From positions 186,001-250,000 of IMG/VR virus record IMGVR_UViG_3300023174_000036: DNA of 64,000 bases; one strand, given 5' to 3'. Positions 1 to 9,686 of the stretch are shown here, one piece after another (the stretch's first letter is position 1; every line of letters starts with the position of its first letter). Made by a program: the position numbers and the translations under genes. A model generated the notes under the pieces. The model was given only the letters and a program-made list of their open reading frames with translations. It was not told the DNA's origin and made no database searches.

Positions 1-485
1 GGCAATGTGGGATATGCCACATCATATCTAATAGATCCGCCACCGCTGGTTGCAAATCCTGGTGTTCGCACTCCGTTTTGATCGCTGGCAATCAATACAC
101 GAATTAATCCCATTTTGCCCGCAGTTGGCCATCCTGTAAATGTTAAAGTTGCATCTCCTGCTAGAATGAATCTCTGCACAGGACCGTTAATTAAATCTAC
201 ATTAGAAGCTGTTGAAACAGTGCCTCCGCTAAAATACACGCCGTAAAATCTATTGTACAAGCCATTGCTTATAGTGCTACCATTTAGGTCGTTGTTAACA
301 ACTGCGTTGGTTGCGAGGTTGGCTTTCAACACTGCATTGGTTTGCAATGCGGTAAGTTCAGTTTTGGCAATGGCTAATCCTGCTGAAATAGCTGTAAAAT
401 TATCACGAAACCCTTGGCTGTTATTGTCAACACCTGCAACTGGGTAAGATGTGTTAATTGTTCCGACATTTATTTGACTGGTCAT
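1..485 (-). CDS. Virion structural protein (partial, runs off window start)
   Basis: Manual translation MTSQINVGTINTSYPVAGVDNNSQGFRDNFTAISAGL...; ATG overlaps the TGA of the upstream 871-aa gene (ATGA); lies in the structural operon; absent from the ORF track because it is truncated. Confidence 0.75.
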   Translation of the reverse strand, partial: MTSQINVGTINTSYPVAGVDNNSQGFRDNFTAISAGLAIAKTELTALQTNAVLKANLATNAVVNNDLNGSTISNGLYNRFYGVYFSGGTVSTASNVDLINGPVQRFILAGDATLTFTGWPTAGKMGLIRVLIASDQNGVRTPGFATSGGGSIRYDVAYPTL

Positions 486-3097
486 ACTGTTATCCTATCG
501 TTTCTAAATACAAGATATTTATCGTTAATCGAACCGGTGACAGAATCTATTATGTATCTGTCCACTGTGTAATCTAAAGATTTAAAATCAAATTCGCTGT
601 GTTGGATATTTAATAAAATATCAGCACTTTTGCCCGCTTCGCAGTAACAAATTGGAATAGCCAACACAAATCCTAATTCTTGACTATTCCCAGGTTGTAT
701 ACTACGCATCCATAAAGGCATGTAGTTCCTCTCTGTTGCACCAGTATCTTTAATCCTGCTACGCCAATTGGTAATACTGTTTGGAAAATAGGTATTGACA
801 TTGGGATTTGAAACTTCGTAACCTGTGCTGTCGGCTGTGATTATTGGCTCCGGCCTAATGTTTTCCGGACTGTCGGCACCTAATGAATCCAAAGTTCTAC
901 TCCAAATATTGGTACTGCTATCGATAGTTATAGTATCGCTAGACAGCCCTGGTAATTGAATATTTCTTGGCAAATATTTGCCGTTTGGCTCTTGCGGGTC
1001 CACAACACTGACATATATCACTTCATATACTGTATCGGTAGTACCGGGCTGAATAGCAACTGCGGATTTAACCGGACCAAAAGCAAATCGTTTTCTTTTG
1101 TGATTCAAACCAATTGCACCAACAAACCTAGCGGCATCTTTGGTTTCTATACCAGCATATACCATCATGTTTAAATCAGTCTGAACTCCAAAATTAGCAT
1201 CATTGGTTCTATAAATGCTACTAGGTGTAAAAATAGAAGTATCGGTAATGAATGATTTCCAAAGAGCTCGTTGTGATTGTTTTAAGAACGGCTTGGTTCT
1301 GATATTGCTGAAACTTATATCGTTTGGGGTATCAATGTACAAGGTAAATGCGCGAGTAGTTGCACTATAGTCATATTGATCTCTAGCTTGCACGGTAAAC
1401 GTATATTGCTTGTCTATACTGGTAGTATCAAAATCAAAAGTTATAAATTTTCTACTTGAGCCAACTGTGTCGTAAAATCTCGTAAGGCCTTTGGATCCAG
1501 AAACAGCATCATAAAATTGATTGACCTTGCCTATAATTTCTCCGTCATAGTTTAGTGATAAACCTGGAGGCAGTGATCCACTTGTTAACGTATAAGAAAT
1601 AATTGCATCAGGTATGGTACTTGAAGCGGCCACATGCAAATTAGAAATAAAATTTGCATTGATGTTGCCCAAGTTGGCATCAGTTAGCCACGTTATTACA
1701 CTGTCAATCTCGCCAATAATACCAATAGTAAATGTTCTGGATGCAGTCGCACTGTCTTGTTTGTCTCCAAATCTAGTAGCAGTGATGGTGAAGTTATAAG
1801 TTTTTGTGATAGCTGGCTGATATGGAACCAGTCCGTATACCGTAGCAGTTTGTATATCAAAATTGGTACCTTTGGGTAACACACTCAAAGTTCCAATATA
1901 AAAACTGGTTCCTGTTGGTATGCTTACTTGTAGCGGTGTTAAGATAGTGAGACGATAACGTCCATTGCCTAAATTCTCCACCACACTGATTTTATAAAGT
2001 TGATCAGTTGCACCTGGGATTATGCCTTCAAAGTGGCAATAATATCCAGGCTGTATGGTTCCAGTAACGTTAGTTACAGTTATTTTATTTCCGTTTTTAA
2101 AATTGTCTGAAGGTAAAATATTGACTGCCTGAGCTTTTACTTCCTGATTGATCAATTCTAAATTATAAAACACATTGGAGTCATCATACAGTGCAACTGG
2201 TACAGTTAGATAGTTATTGGCTCTAAATAATCCTATGTTGGGGTTGGTAAGCCATGCTGGCTGTCTAAGATAAGTAACGTCAGCGGTGAATAGCTCATCG
2301 GCAAATCCATCTGTGGTAGTGGTGTCTGCTCTAAATTGGCCATCGCCCACAACAAATATTTTAAAAATTCTCTGAGCAATACTGGTACCATCGGACACAG
2401 TTACTTTAAATTGATAATTAACATTTAGTGTTGATGGTCGAAGATTGGGTAAATTATAATCATAAAAAACTCTATCGTAAATGTAACTATCAAATCCGTT
2501 GGTCGCTCGTAGACCAAAGTCAAAAGCTGCCGCATCATAGTATGTTTCGTCGTAAGTGCCGTTATTATCTGCTGGTTTAATCTTTATAGCAGGCAAAATA
2601 AATCCGCTAATTTTTCCATCTGACGACATGGTCAGTCCTGGAGGCAGTTTTCCATCGCCTGAAGATATAAAATATGTTAATTTTTGACCAGCACTGGTAT
2701 CCAGGTCAAATGCTTCAATTTGATAATTGATGTAAGTCTTGTCCAACACATACATTTGTTTATGTGTGCCAACTGCCAATCTTCCAGTTGTGGTTATGAA
2801 TTCCGGAGCATCTGCTCCGTCTATGGTTATAGAATATGTTCGGTCAGCTATTTCGCCTGAGGTAGATGTTGCTCTCACACAAAATGTAAACGTAGTAACG
2901 TCGGCAACTGAATATGGAGTTCCAGTAATTGTACTACCAACAATTTCCAACCCAGGCGGCAACTTACCTGAAATAACTTTGAATGTTGTTCCGCCAGCGT
3001 ACCCAGACACTAATGGCAATGGCCTATTAAAAATAGCCTGTTCTTGGAATGTTCCAAAAGTATAGCCTGACGGTTGTGACCAAATATTCAATGCCAT
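482..3097 (-). CDS. Baseplate wedge-like virion protein with Ig-like (He_PIG-type) repeats
   Basis: 871 aa; repeated 'SG.LPPGL.....G.I.G.P' and 'Y.FTV.A.D' motifs; position in the tail/baseplate operon. Confidence 0.65.
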   Translation of the reverse strand: MALNIWSQPSGYTFGTFQEQAIFNRPLPLVSGYAGGTTFKVISGKLPPGLEIVGSTITGTPYSVADVTTFTFCVRATSTSGEIADRTYSITIDGADAPEFITTTGRLAVGTHKQMYVLDKTYINYQIEAFDLDTSAGQKLTYFISSGDGKLPPGLTMSSDGKISGFILPAIKIKPADNNGTYDETYYDAAAFDFGLRATNGFDSYIYDRVFYDYNLPNLRPSTLNVNYQFKVTVSDGTSIAQRIFKIFVVGDGQFRADTTTTDGFADELFTADVTYLRQPAWLTNPNIGLFRANNYLTVPVALYDDSNVFYNLELINQEVKAQAVNILPSDNFKNGNKITVTNVTGTIQPGYYCHFEGIIPGATDQLYKISVVENLGNGRYRLTILTPLQVSIPTGTSFYIGTLSVLPKGTNFDIQTATVYGLVPYQPAITKTYNFTITATRFGDKQDSATASRTFTIGIIGEIDSVITWLTDANLGNINANFISNLHVAASSTIPDAIISYTLTSGSLPPGLSLNYDGEIIGKVNQFYDAVSGSKGLTRFYDTVGSSRKFITFDFDTTSIDKQYTFTVQARDQYDYSATTRAFTLYIDTPNDISFSNIRTKPFLKQSQRALWKSFITDTSIFTPSSIYRTNDANFGVQTDLNMMVYAGIETKDAARFVGAIGLNHKRKRFAFGPVKSAVAIQPGTTDTVYEVIYVSVVDPQEPNGKYLPRNIQLPGLSSDTITIDSSTNIWSRTLDSLGADSPENIRPEPIITADSTGYEVSNPNVNTYFPNSITNWRSRIKDTGATERNYMPLWMRSIQPGNSQELGFVLAIPICYCEAGKSADILLNIQHSEFDFKSLDYTVDRYIIDSVTGSINDKYLVFRNDRITV

Positions 3098-3109
3098 GCA
3101 TTTTCTCTG

Positions 3110-3661
3110 TTAAACAAATGTGCCAAAATTAAATCTGTTAGCGGACTGTGGACCAATAAAGGTGCCCATGTCAAACGTATAACCCTGAGCGTTGGTTTCG
3201 TAACCTGTGGGATTGTTAAATGATCCAAAGTCAACAGCAATGTTGTTGTTGGATTCAATCAGCAAGGCTATCATGGAGTTAAGAGCTACGATATCAATGC
3301 CATAAACACTGGCTTTTACATCGCCTGCTCCGACAATATCTCTGTTATTTAAATTTAAATTGCCGCCCAGTGCGGGCGTAATATCTTCTACTAATCGTGT
3401 GTTGGCTTTTAAATTTACTGTGTTATCAGTTGCGGTCAGTGTAACTGAGTTATCTGTACTGGTAATACTTTTAAACTGTAATATAGTGCTGGTTTTACCC
3501 TTTAGTACAGCAACGCCTGCGCCTAGATTAACACCGTCATTGATCTGTGCATCGCTGTCTAACAACGTAAAATTAGCATTGACTTTGTTGAATGCCGTGC
3601 GCAAATCGTCACCAGTACCGTCATTCGCATATCCACCTATTTCAATTCTTTGTATTGGCAT
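3110..3661 (-). CDS. Baseplate/tail protein with T4 gp9/gp10-like N-terminus
   Basis: IEIGGYANDGTGDDLRTAFNKVNANF motif; GGAG SD and TAAATA upstream. Confidence 0.7.
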   Translation of the reverse strand: MPIQRIEIGGYANDGTGDDLRTAFNKVNANFTLLDSDAQINDGVNLGAGVAVLKGKTSTILQFKSITSTDNSVTLTATDNTVNLKANTRLVEDITPALGGNLNLNNRDIVGAGDVKASVYGIDIVALNSMIALLIESNNNIAVDFGSFNNPTGYETNAQGYTFDMGTFIGPQSANRFNFGTFV

Positions 3662-3674
3662 GTTCTGCTCCGTT

Positions 3675-4448
3675 TTATATATTTACCGTTTCTAGAAACT
3701 CTAAAGTCTTGATGAGTTCAGCATACTTTTTAGGGCTCAAATAAGGTGCCAGCGCCATGCGATTGTGTCCCGGCACGTACTGATGCAAGTTGCTGGTGCT
3801 ACTCATGCCTTTTACATCGTTTTCAGTATAGGTCTTGCTCATTCTAACCACTGTTGCTGTAGTTGCTTTAATGTCCACAATGTTGCGACCAATGTGTACA
3901 TCAGTAGGAGCCGCACCTATTCTACGGGCAAACTGTATTAGTTCCATAGCCGCATGAGGTTTGATAATGTATCCGTAAGCACCCCATAGGAACTCGCCTA
4001 CACCGTGCCAAATATTTCTTGCTGGCGGATGCCATACATCTACTGGGTCATTTAAACTGGCATCCACTTTGCCTTCATAACTATCAACGAACACATCGTA
4101 TGGTTCCAGTTTCAGTACACCGTTAAACTTGTCCAACAAGTCATCTGGCAGTGGTCGAATAAAAACACCATCGTGTTCCAAGATAATAATGGGTTCGTCC
4201 AACTTGACACATTTCATCCACAGTTCAAAGTGGCTGAGAAAGCAACCTTGATGTCCAGGATTGTCAATAAGGTCTCTAGTTAAGAATCTAGTGATTCCAT
4301 ACTTGGCAAACAGTTCTGGAGCATTGTATCCCAACACCGCGTTGTGTACTTCTGGCTCAATGCCAAACTTGCGAGCAGCCTCAATGGCTTCAGCACCAAC
4401 CATACGGCTGTGTTCACTTTCTTGTAGTATAATAACAAATGCTTTCAT
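3675..4448 (-). CDS. Glycosyltransferase family 25
   Basis: GCFLSHFELW, IIILEHD and GAYGYII motifs typical of GT25. Confidence 0.85.
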   Translation of the reverse strand: MKAFVIILQESEHSRMVGAEAIEAARKFGIEPEVHNAVLGYNAPELFAKYGITRFLTRDLIDNPGHQGCFLSHFELWMKCVKLDEPIIILEHDGVFIRPLPDDLLDKFNGVLKLEPYDVFVDSYEGKVDASLNDPVDVWHPPARNIWHGVGEFLWGAYGYIIKPHAAMELIQFARRIGAAPTDVHIGRNIVDIKATTATVVRMSKTYTENDVKGMSSTSNLHQYVPGHNRMALAPYLSPKKYAELIKTLEFLETVNI

Positions 4449-5137
4449 GGGTAGCCAAATCTTGTTCGATATGTGGTATACAGCGACTGAACGTTGGCCA
4501 GAGTTAACACACCATTATACACTTTGATAAATCCTATATCAGCTGTTTGTACTTCACTGCCTGATGAACGACTGAACAATCGCAACTGATTGAAACCTCC
4601 GCCACCAGCATTGGTGCCGGTGAACGATGTGCCAGTTGGCGAGGAACTGGTTGCAGAATATAGTTGTCCTAGACCTGTTGAAGTGTTCCAAGTAGCCCAA
4701 TCAAGGTGCCAGAAGAGATCAGCACCCGATGACGGCAGGTTAACTGCAAAGTTTGGATAGAATGTTTGGTCGTGGCCGTTGTACAGGCCCATAAGCCAGT
4801 CTTTGCTGGCTTCGCTTTGTGTGTTCAATAATCTACCATCAGCAGTTGCTATGCGTTTGTAGGCCATGAACACTGTGTAACTTTGTCCAGTGACATAGTC
4901 AGGACCACCATAGATAACATCAGTGCCCACGTTGTTGCTTTTTCTAAATACCCCACCGTTGGAAGATTGCCAAGTGATACTACTGCCAGCATTGGCCACT
5001 GTGATAGTATGTGCGCCGGCGCCAGCCACTGTGCTTCCTGTAGTAGGCACAGCAGAATAGTTGGCTGCATCTAAATCGTATACCAGTGTGGGAAGGCTTG
5101 TTCCATAACTGGTCATTAATGCTGTTACGCCTGTCAT
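4445..5137 (-). CDS. ConA-like/LamG lectin-domain virion protein
   Basis: N-terminal 'LDAANY' and C-terminal 'DIGFIKVYNGVLT..VQSLY' typical of phage LamG domains; directly follows the tail fibre. Confidence 0.7.
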   Translation of the reverse strand: MTGVTALMTSYGTSLPTLVYDLDAANYSAVPTTGSTVAGAGAHTITVANAGSSITWQSSNGGVFRKSNNVGTDVIYGGPDYVTGQSYTVFMAYKRIATADGRLLNTQSEASKDWLMGLYNGHDQTFYPNFAVNLPSSGADLFWHLDWATWNTSTGLGQLYSATSSSPTGTSFTGTNAGGGGFNQLRLFSRSSGSEVQTADIGFIKVYNGVLTLANVQSLYTTYRTRFGYP

Positions 5138-5138
5138 A

Positions 5139-8100
5139 TTATGTTAGTCCTACACCGTTGATGTACCAGGTAGTGGCAGCTACCTTGACTGCTGTGGCCA
5201 TACCATTTGCGGCCAGAGTTCTTGAACCTGTTGATGTGCCACCTGCCAATCTCAGTGTGTCTGTGGCAATAGCAATGCTGACTGTGGTAGCACTTGATCC
5301 AGCAATAAATGTGAGAGTGGTTCCTATTGGATAGGCCACTGAAGCATTGGCTGGAATTGTTATTGTTTGACTTGCTGTGGTTACATAAATGTGTTTGCCA
5401 GCATCACCTATGGCCAATGTGGCAGTGGTAGCAGTGGCACTTTGTGGCAAGCCCAAGTAGCCTAAACTTGCGGCTGTACTTGATGTGGTAGCAGTTGCCG
5501 CAAAGCCAGTAATAGGTGCACCGCTTGCACCAATGTTCAATGCTGTGGTAGCACTGCCAGCAATGGTAACTGAAGTTTGACTTGCATCATTCAACACGGC
5601 TGTAGCAGTTAGTACAGCAACATTGTTGATCTTGTAGGACTTGCCTGAAGCAATGTTCCAATGTTCACTTGCAGTCCAGTTGGTATTGGCATTGTCCCAG
5701 ACTATGGTTTTATCAGTAGTACCTTTCAGTGTGATACCGCCGCCATCAGCTGTGGTGTTGGTTGGTGATGCAACACTGCCAAGTTCAATGTTCTTGTCAT
5801 CAACTGTGACAGTTGTTGAATTGATAGTGGTTGTGGTACCGTTAACAACCAAGTCGCCAGCAATGGTAGTAGTGCCGCCTGCCGCGCCCATGTTCAGCGT
5901 AGTGGCCGCACCAAATGCGTTAACTGTAGTTGATATTGTGTTGAATACATTTTGTGTGGCTGTGCCAATGATACTGCCTGGCACGGTTAACGTACCGTCC
6001 TTGGCAAACGTCCACGTAAACTGACTACTATCTTGTGTTGTGAGTTTTATGGCCGTGCCGTTGGCAAACATATTGAAAGCATTGTTGAGATTGGTTACAT
6101 TGGTATCTGTACCTTGATTCCAAAGATAGCCAATGGTGCCATTGTTATGATAGAATTGAGCATCAACGGTTTTGTTATTTTCCGCTGTGGGCATTGCTAA
6201 CGTAGAACGAATAAATGTTCCAGCATAGCTGTCTACAAAAAAGTTAAAGAATTTACTAGACACAGCCGATTGTGGTGTAATAGATAAATTACCTGTGGTG
6301 TTGGTAATACCCGTTGGCAATTTTAATGAGCCGTTTGTACCAAATGTAAAGTCCACATTAGCATATGAAAGAGCACCACTGCCAGCCGGTGGGCTGGTTA
6401 CACCGGCATATCTTGTTCGGATAACTAAATCTTCTTCTGGATCAGTTTGGATTATGTTAGGAACCTGCAACTTGCCATTGCTCAACAAGGTCACGGATTC
6501 AGTGCCCGAGGTAATCTCCACACTGGTCAGTAATGCTTGCCAAGTGGCGTAGCTGTCTCGAACAAGTACCAATGCGGCTCTAAGTTCAGCATACGTTGCA
6601 GATGTAATAGGAGGCTGAAATATCAGCGGCGTTGGTGGACTGGTTGGTGCACCTTGCTGTATTTGCCAAGCTGTTAACAGCTGAGCTATCAACCCAGCGG
6701 CAGTTGGGCCAGTTGCGCTCCACGCTATAAATGGCCAATTAGAAGATGTGAGACCCGAAGTAGTGGCCTGTGCCTGATAACTGGCTCGTACCCCGGCCCA
6801 AAAAGTCAAACTATCGGTATAGGCTGTGGCCGCGACAGTGATTTCAACATCGCTTGCTTGACCAATAACAGCTGAGTTAGGCAATGATAAACTACCAGTT
6901 GTGCCAAAGGTCCATGCCGCTGAGACGGGCGATGCACCCCAAGTAGAGGCTCTTACTTGTACATTACCATCGTTGACCAACTTGACATATTGAAAGTCAT
7001 CGCCCAAGTACAGTTCAGTGGTGCCGCCTATCTGGCCTGCGGTCAAGTGTACGTGATCACCGTCACCGGCTGCGGTTGGGTAAATTTTTAATGCTTGTGT
7101 GGCCGAACCTCCTTGAGGTTTAAGGATAATGGAGTGTCCAACTCCGCTGCCACTGCTGCCATCTGCAATGATGCCACCTTGAGGTAATGTTAACTCACCA
7201 GTATTTCCGGTAAAGGTCCAACCAGTAAATGCCGTTACAGTGTTTCCTTCCGCGGTGTTGGACGAATATGGTCCAATGAGAATTGCGTTGTTATTGATTT
7301 CAATTTTATTTTGAGTAAATAGAGTAGGACCACCCCCACCTAAGCTATTAACAGTATACCGCCCAAGAACAATCTTATTGCCATTAACGTTAATGCTACT
7401 ACCACTGCCCAATGAAGGGTCGCCGTTTAGAATATTAGTAACTGAGGTATCAATAGTGATGCCGGCGTTATCTGCAACTGACTGACTTATGGCAATAGCA
7501 GAAACTGTTGAACTTGCAGATCCACCACCTAAGTCAGTGATAGTATTATTGCTGATATAAGGATTCGCACCATTCGGTACTATCTTAAGATAACCATCTG
7601 GAAATGTCAAGCTACCATCTGTGCCAAATGTAAAATTATGTGGAACTGTGCTTGAGGTTGAAAAAGATACACTACGGATACCCGTATTGTTAGGCAGTGT
7701 GCCGTCTACTCTACCACTCACACGCTGCCAGGTTGGATGTGCTGGATCGTATTGTCCTTGAGTTGTAAACGCCTGTGTTATGGTGCCAGTAAACGAATTA
7801 GGCTGACCACCGGATGTTTCATACACCACACCCATACCCGTGCCCAGAGCCAGTCCAGTCACATAGGTCACAAACGCAGGGGTTCCGAACAGGGCAAACT
7901 CAATCTGTTGACTATTGCGTTGATACCATCCCTGTATAAATGTGCCGTTTACTGTTATGTCTCTTGAGAAGGCTGTTGCATTGTTATAGGTCGGACTGGT
8001 GGTAACCACTGTTTTCTGAGTGGTAACTGCAAGCGCAGTGTCTACCGCAGATTTAATGGTGTTGCTGGGAAATGTCAAGCTACCATCTGTGCTAAGACTC

Positions 8101-9686
8101 AATGTGCTGCCACCGTTGACCAAACTGCTTACACTGCCAAGCCAGGCTGTGGTCTGCACTGTGGCATTGGGGAATGTCAAGAGGCCATTTTTATCAAACT
8201 GCCAAGTGCGTAATGTTGTTCCATCATCTGTTCTTATGAATACTCTGCCATTCTCTCCGTCAGCAACAACTGCCGCTGTTAGATCGTTTCGAGTCTCTAC
8301 AGGTAATCCTTGATCAGATAATCCTTGATAGACGGTTGTGCCTACACTGACCAATGTGAGATTATTGTTTTTGGTAATTACACCTGGAACTCTCAAAGCG
8401 CCAGTGTTCTCAAAGCTGAATGTGTTGGTGCCTGCCACAATGTCAATGTTGCGTTGCAGTTCTTTGTATGCTAGGTAATTATCGCTTGCGGTCTTGGCTG
8501 TGGGCGCCATATTACCGGGTACTGGTAATTGTCCGCCAGTTGGCTGATAACCCACCACTAATGGATATGCTGTGTAGCTGGGCATACCTGCCCACGGTCT
8601 TGCACCTCGGCCAGCATTAATCTGCGCATCTTCAGTACGTATATCTATCCACGCTTGCTCAGATCCCATCCAATTTTCTAGAGCAGTTCGTATTGTGGCT
8701 GTATCTGTACTGGCACCAGCTCGATAGATTTTAGCTGAGACAATTTGATTCACATTGGTCAGTGTAGCTGACTGTGCTGGTAAAGTCAATGTGCCATCCG
8801 AGCCAAGGCTCACTGTGCGAGCACCGTTGACCAAACTGCTTACACTGCCACTGCTGGCAGTAACAACGCCACTGCCATCTATACTTAGGCCAGAGCCAAT
8901 TTTGATACCACCCAATATGGATGCGGATGCTGTGGGCAATGTGTAAGCACTGGGTATAGATCCGTAGGTAACTTCTTTAGTTGTGGTGTTGTAAAACAAA
9001 ACATTACTGGGTGTGGCATCGGTTCTAATAGGATTAACATAGAAACTATTGGTTTGGGCACTGACGCCATTGAGCGGTGCATTTACAGCATTAAGAATAA
9101 TTGTGTTAGCGGGTTGACTAGTTTGACCAGCTAGTTTACCAATAGCTATTGAATATGCACCCTGACTAGTTTGGCCAGATTGCCTACCAATAGAAATAGC
9201 ACCGGTACCTTGTGTGTCGTTCCCAGACAAATAACCAATAGCAATAGCATCATTTCTTTGTGTGGTTGTTCCAGCGTATGTTCCAATAGCCACTGCCGCG
9301 CCACCTTGTGTGTCGTTTCCGGCGTACGAACCAACAGCAACGGTTGCGCCGCCTTGAGCTATGTTACCAGCACTGTTACCAATTGCTATTCTAGTTGGAC
9401 CAAACTCATTGTTAGTGTTGGCCACTGGCCAAACGGCCAGAGCCGCCCCAGTTAACAATATTTTGTTATTGGCATCATCATAGGTCACAGTGATGTTGGT
9501 GTGACTGGCATGATTGAACATGGGTGCCGCATAGTCCTGCGCCAGCTCTCTCAAGTCTGCACTAGTGCCACCTGTCAAGGTATACAGTTCAGTAAAGTTT
9601 TGATTTATTTTATCAAACGCTGAGCGAAGTGTGTCACCGGTTTTATCGTTGACACTTTGTCCAATATTAACATTTAATTTAGTCAT
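5139..9686 (-). CDS. Modular long tail fibre / receptor-binding protein
   Basis: 1515 aa; gp9/gp10-like N-terminus (NDKTGDTLRSAFDKINQNF), YadA-like AIG..AG..Q repeats, about 10 copies of a '(W/F)TF..(D/N)G.L..P' linker, C-terminal 'WYINGVGLT'. Confidence 0.8.
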   Translation of the reverse strand: MTKLNVNIGQSVNDKTGDTLRSAFDKINQNFTELYTLTGGTSADLRELAQDYAAPMFNHASHTNITVTYDDANNKILLTGAALAVWPVANTNNEFGPTRIAIGNSAGNIAQGGATVAVGSYAGNDTQGGAAVAIGTYAGTTTQRNDAIAIGYLSGNDTQGTGAISIGRQSGQTSQGAYSIAIGKLAGQTSQPANTIILNAVNAPLNGVSAQTNSFYVNPIRTDATPSNVLFYNTTTKEVTYGSIPSAYTLPTASASILGGIKIGSGLSIDGSGVVTASSGSVSSLVNGARTVSLGSDGTLTLPAQSATLTNVNQIVSAKIYRAGASTDTATIRTALENWMGSEQAWIDIRTEDAQINAGRGARPWAGMPSYTAYPLVVGYQPTGGQLPVPGNMAPTAKTASDNYLAYKELQRNIDIVAGTNTFSFENTGALRVPGVITKNNNLTLVSVGTTVYQGLSDQGLPVETRNDLTAAVVADGENGRVFIRTDDGTTLRTWQFDKNGLLTFPNATVQTTAWLGSVSSLVNGGSTLSLSTDGSLTFPSNTIKSAVDTALAVTTQKTVVTTSPTYNNATAFSRDITVNGTFIQGWYQRNSQQIEFALFGTPAFVTYVTGLALGTGMGVVYETSGGQPNSFTGTITQAFTTQGQYDPAHPTWQRVSGRVDGTLPNNTGIRSVSFSTSSTVPHNFTFGTDGSLTFPDGYLKIVPNGANPYISNNTITDLGGGSASSTVSAIAISQSVADNAGITIDTSVTNILNGDPSLGSGSSINVNGNKIVLGRYTVNSLGGGGPTLFTQNKIEINNNAILIGPYSSNTAEGNTVTAFTGWTFTGNTGELTLPQGGIIADGSSGSGVGHSIILKPQGGSATQALKIYPTAAGDGDHVHLTAGQIGGTTELYLGDDFQYVKLVNDGNVQVRASTWGASPVSAAWTFGTTGSLSLPNSAVIGQASDVEITVAATAYTDSLTFWAGVRASYQAQATTSGLTSSNWPFIAWSATGPTAAGLIAQLLTAWQIQQGAPTSPPTPLIFQPPITSATYAELRAALVLVRDSYATWQALLTSVEITSGTESVTLLSNGKLQVPNIIQTDPEEDLVIRTRYAGVTSPPAGSGALSYANVDFTFGTNGSLKLPTGITNTTGNLSITPQSAVSSKFFNFFVDSYAGTFIRSTLAMPTAENNKTVDAQFYHNNGTIGYLWNQGTDTNVTNLNNAFNMFANGTAIKLTTQDSSQFTWTFAKDGTLTVPGSIIGTATQNVFNTISTTVNAFGAATTLNMGAAGGTTTIAGDLVVNGTTTTINSTTVTVDDKNIELGSVASPTNTTADGGGITLKGTTDKTIVWDNANTNWTASEHWNIASGKSYKINNVAVLTATAVLNDASQTSVTIAGSATTALNIGASGAPITGFAATATTSSTAASLGYLGLPQSATATTATLAIGDAGKHIYVTTASQTITIPANASVAYPIGTTLTFIAGSSATTVSIAIATDTLRLAGGTSTGSRTLAANGMATAVKVAATTWYINGVGLT
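7600..8092. repeat. Exact 25-bp direct repeat GGAAATGTCAAGCTACCATCTGTGC (7600-7624 and 8068-8092)
   Basis: Read directly; encodes the TDGSLTFP linker in both copies. Confidence 0.9.
8111..8850. repeat. Exact 29-bp direct repeat CACCGTTGACCAAACTGCTTACACTGCCA (8111-8139 and 8822-8850)
   Basis: Read directly; encodes GSVSSLVNG in both copies. Confidence 0.9.

Noticed and set aside
5139-9686. Diversity-generating retroelement or invertible shufflon at the tail fibre
   Set aside because: Repeats are short, exact and direct with no adenine-specific mismatches; no reverse transcriptase or invertase in the window
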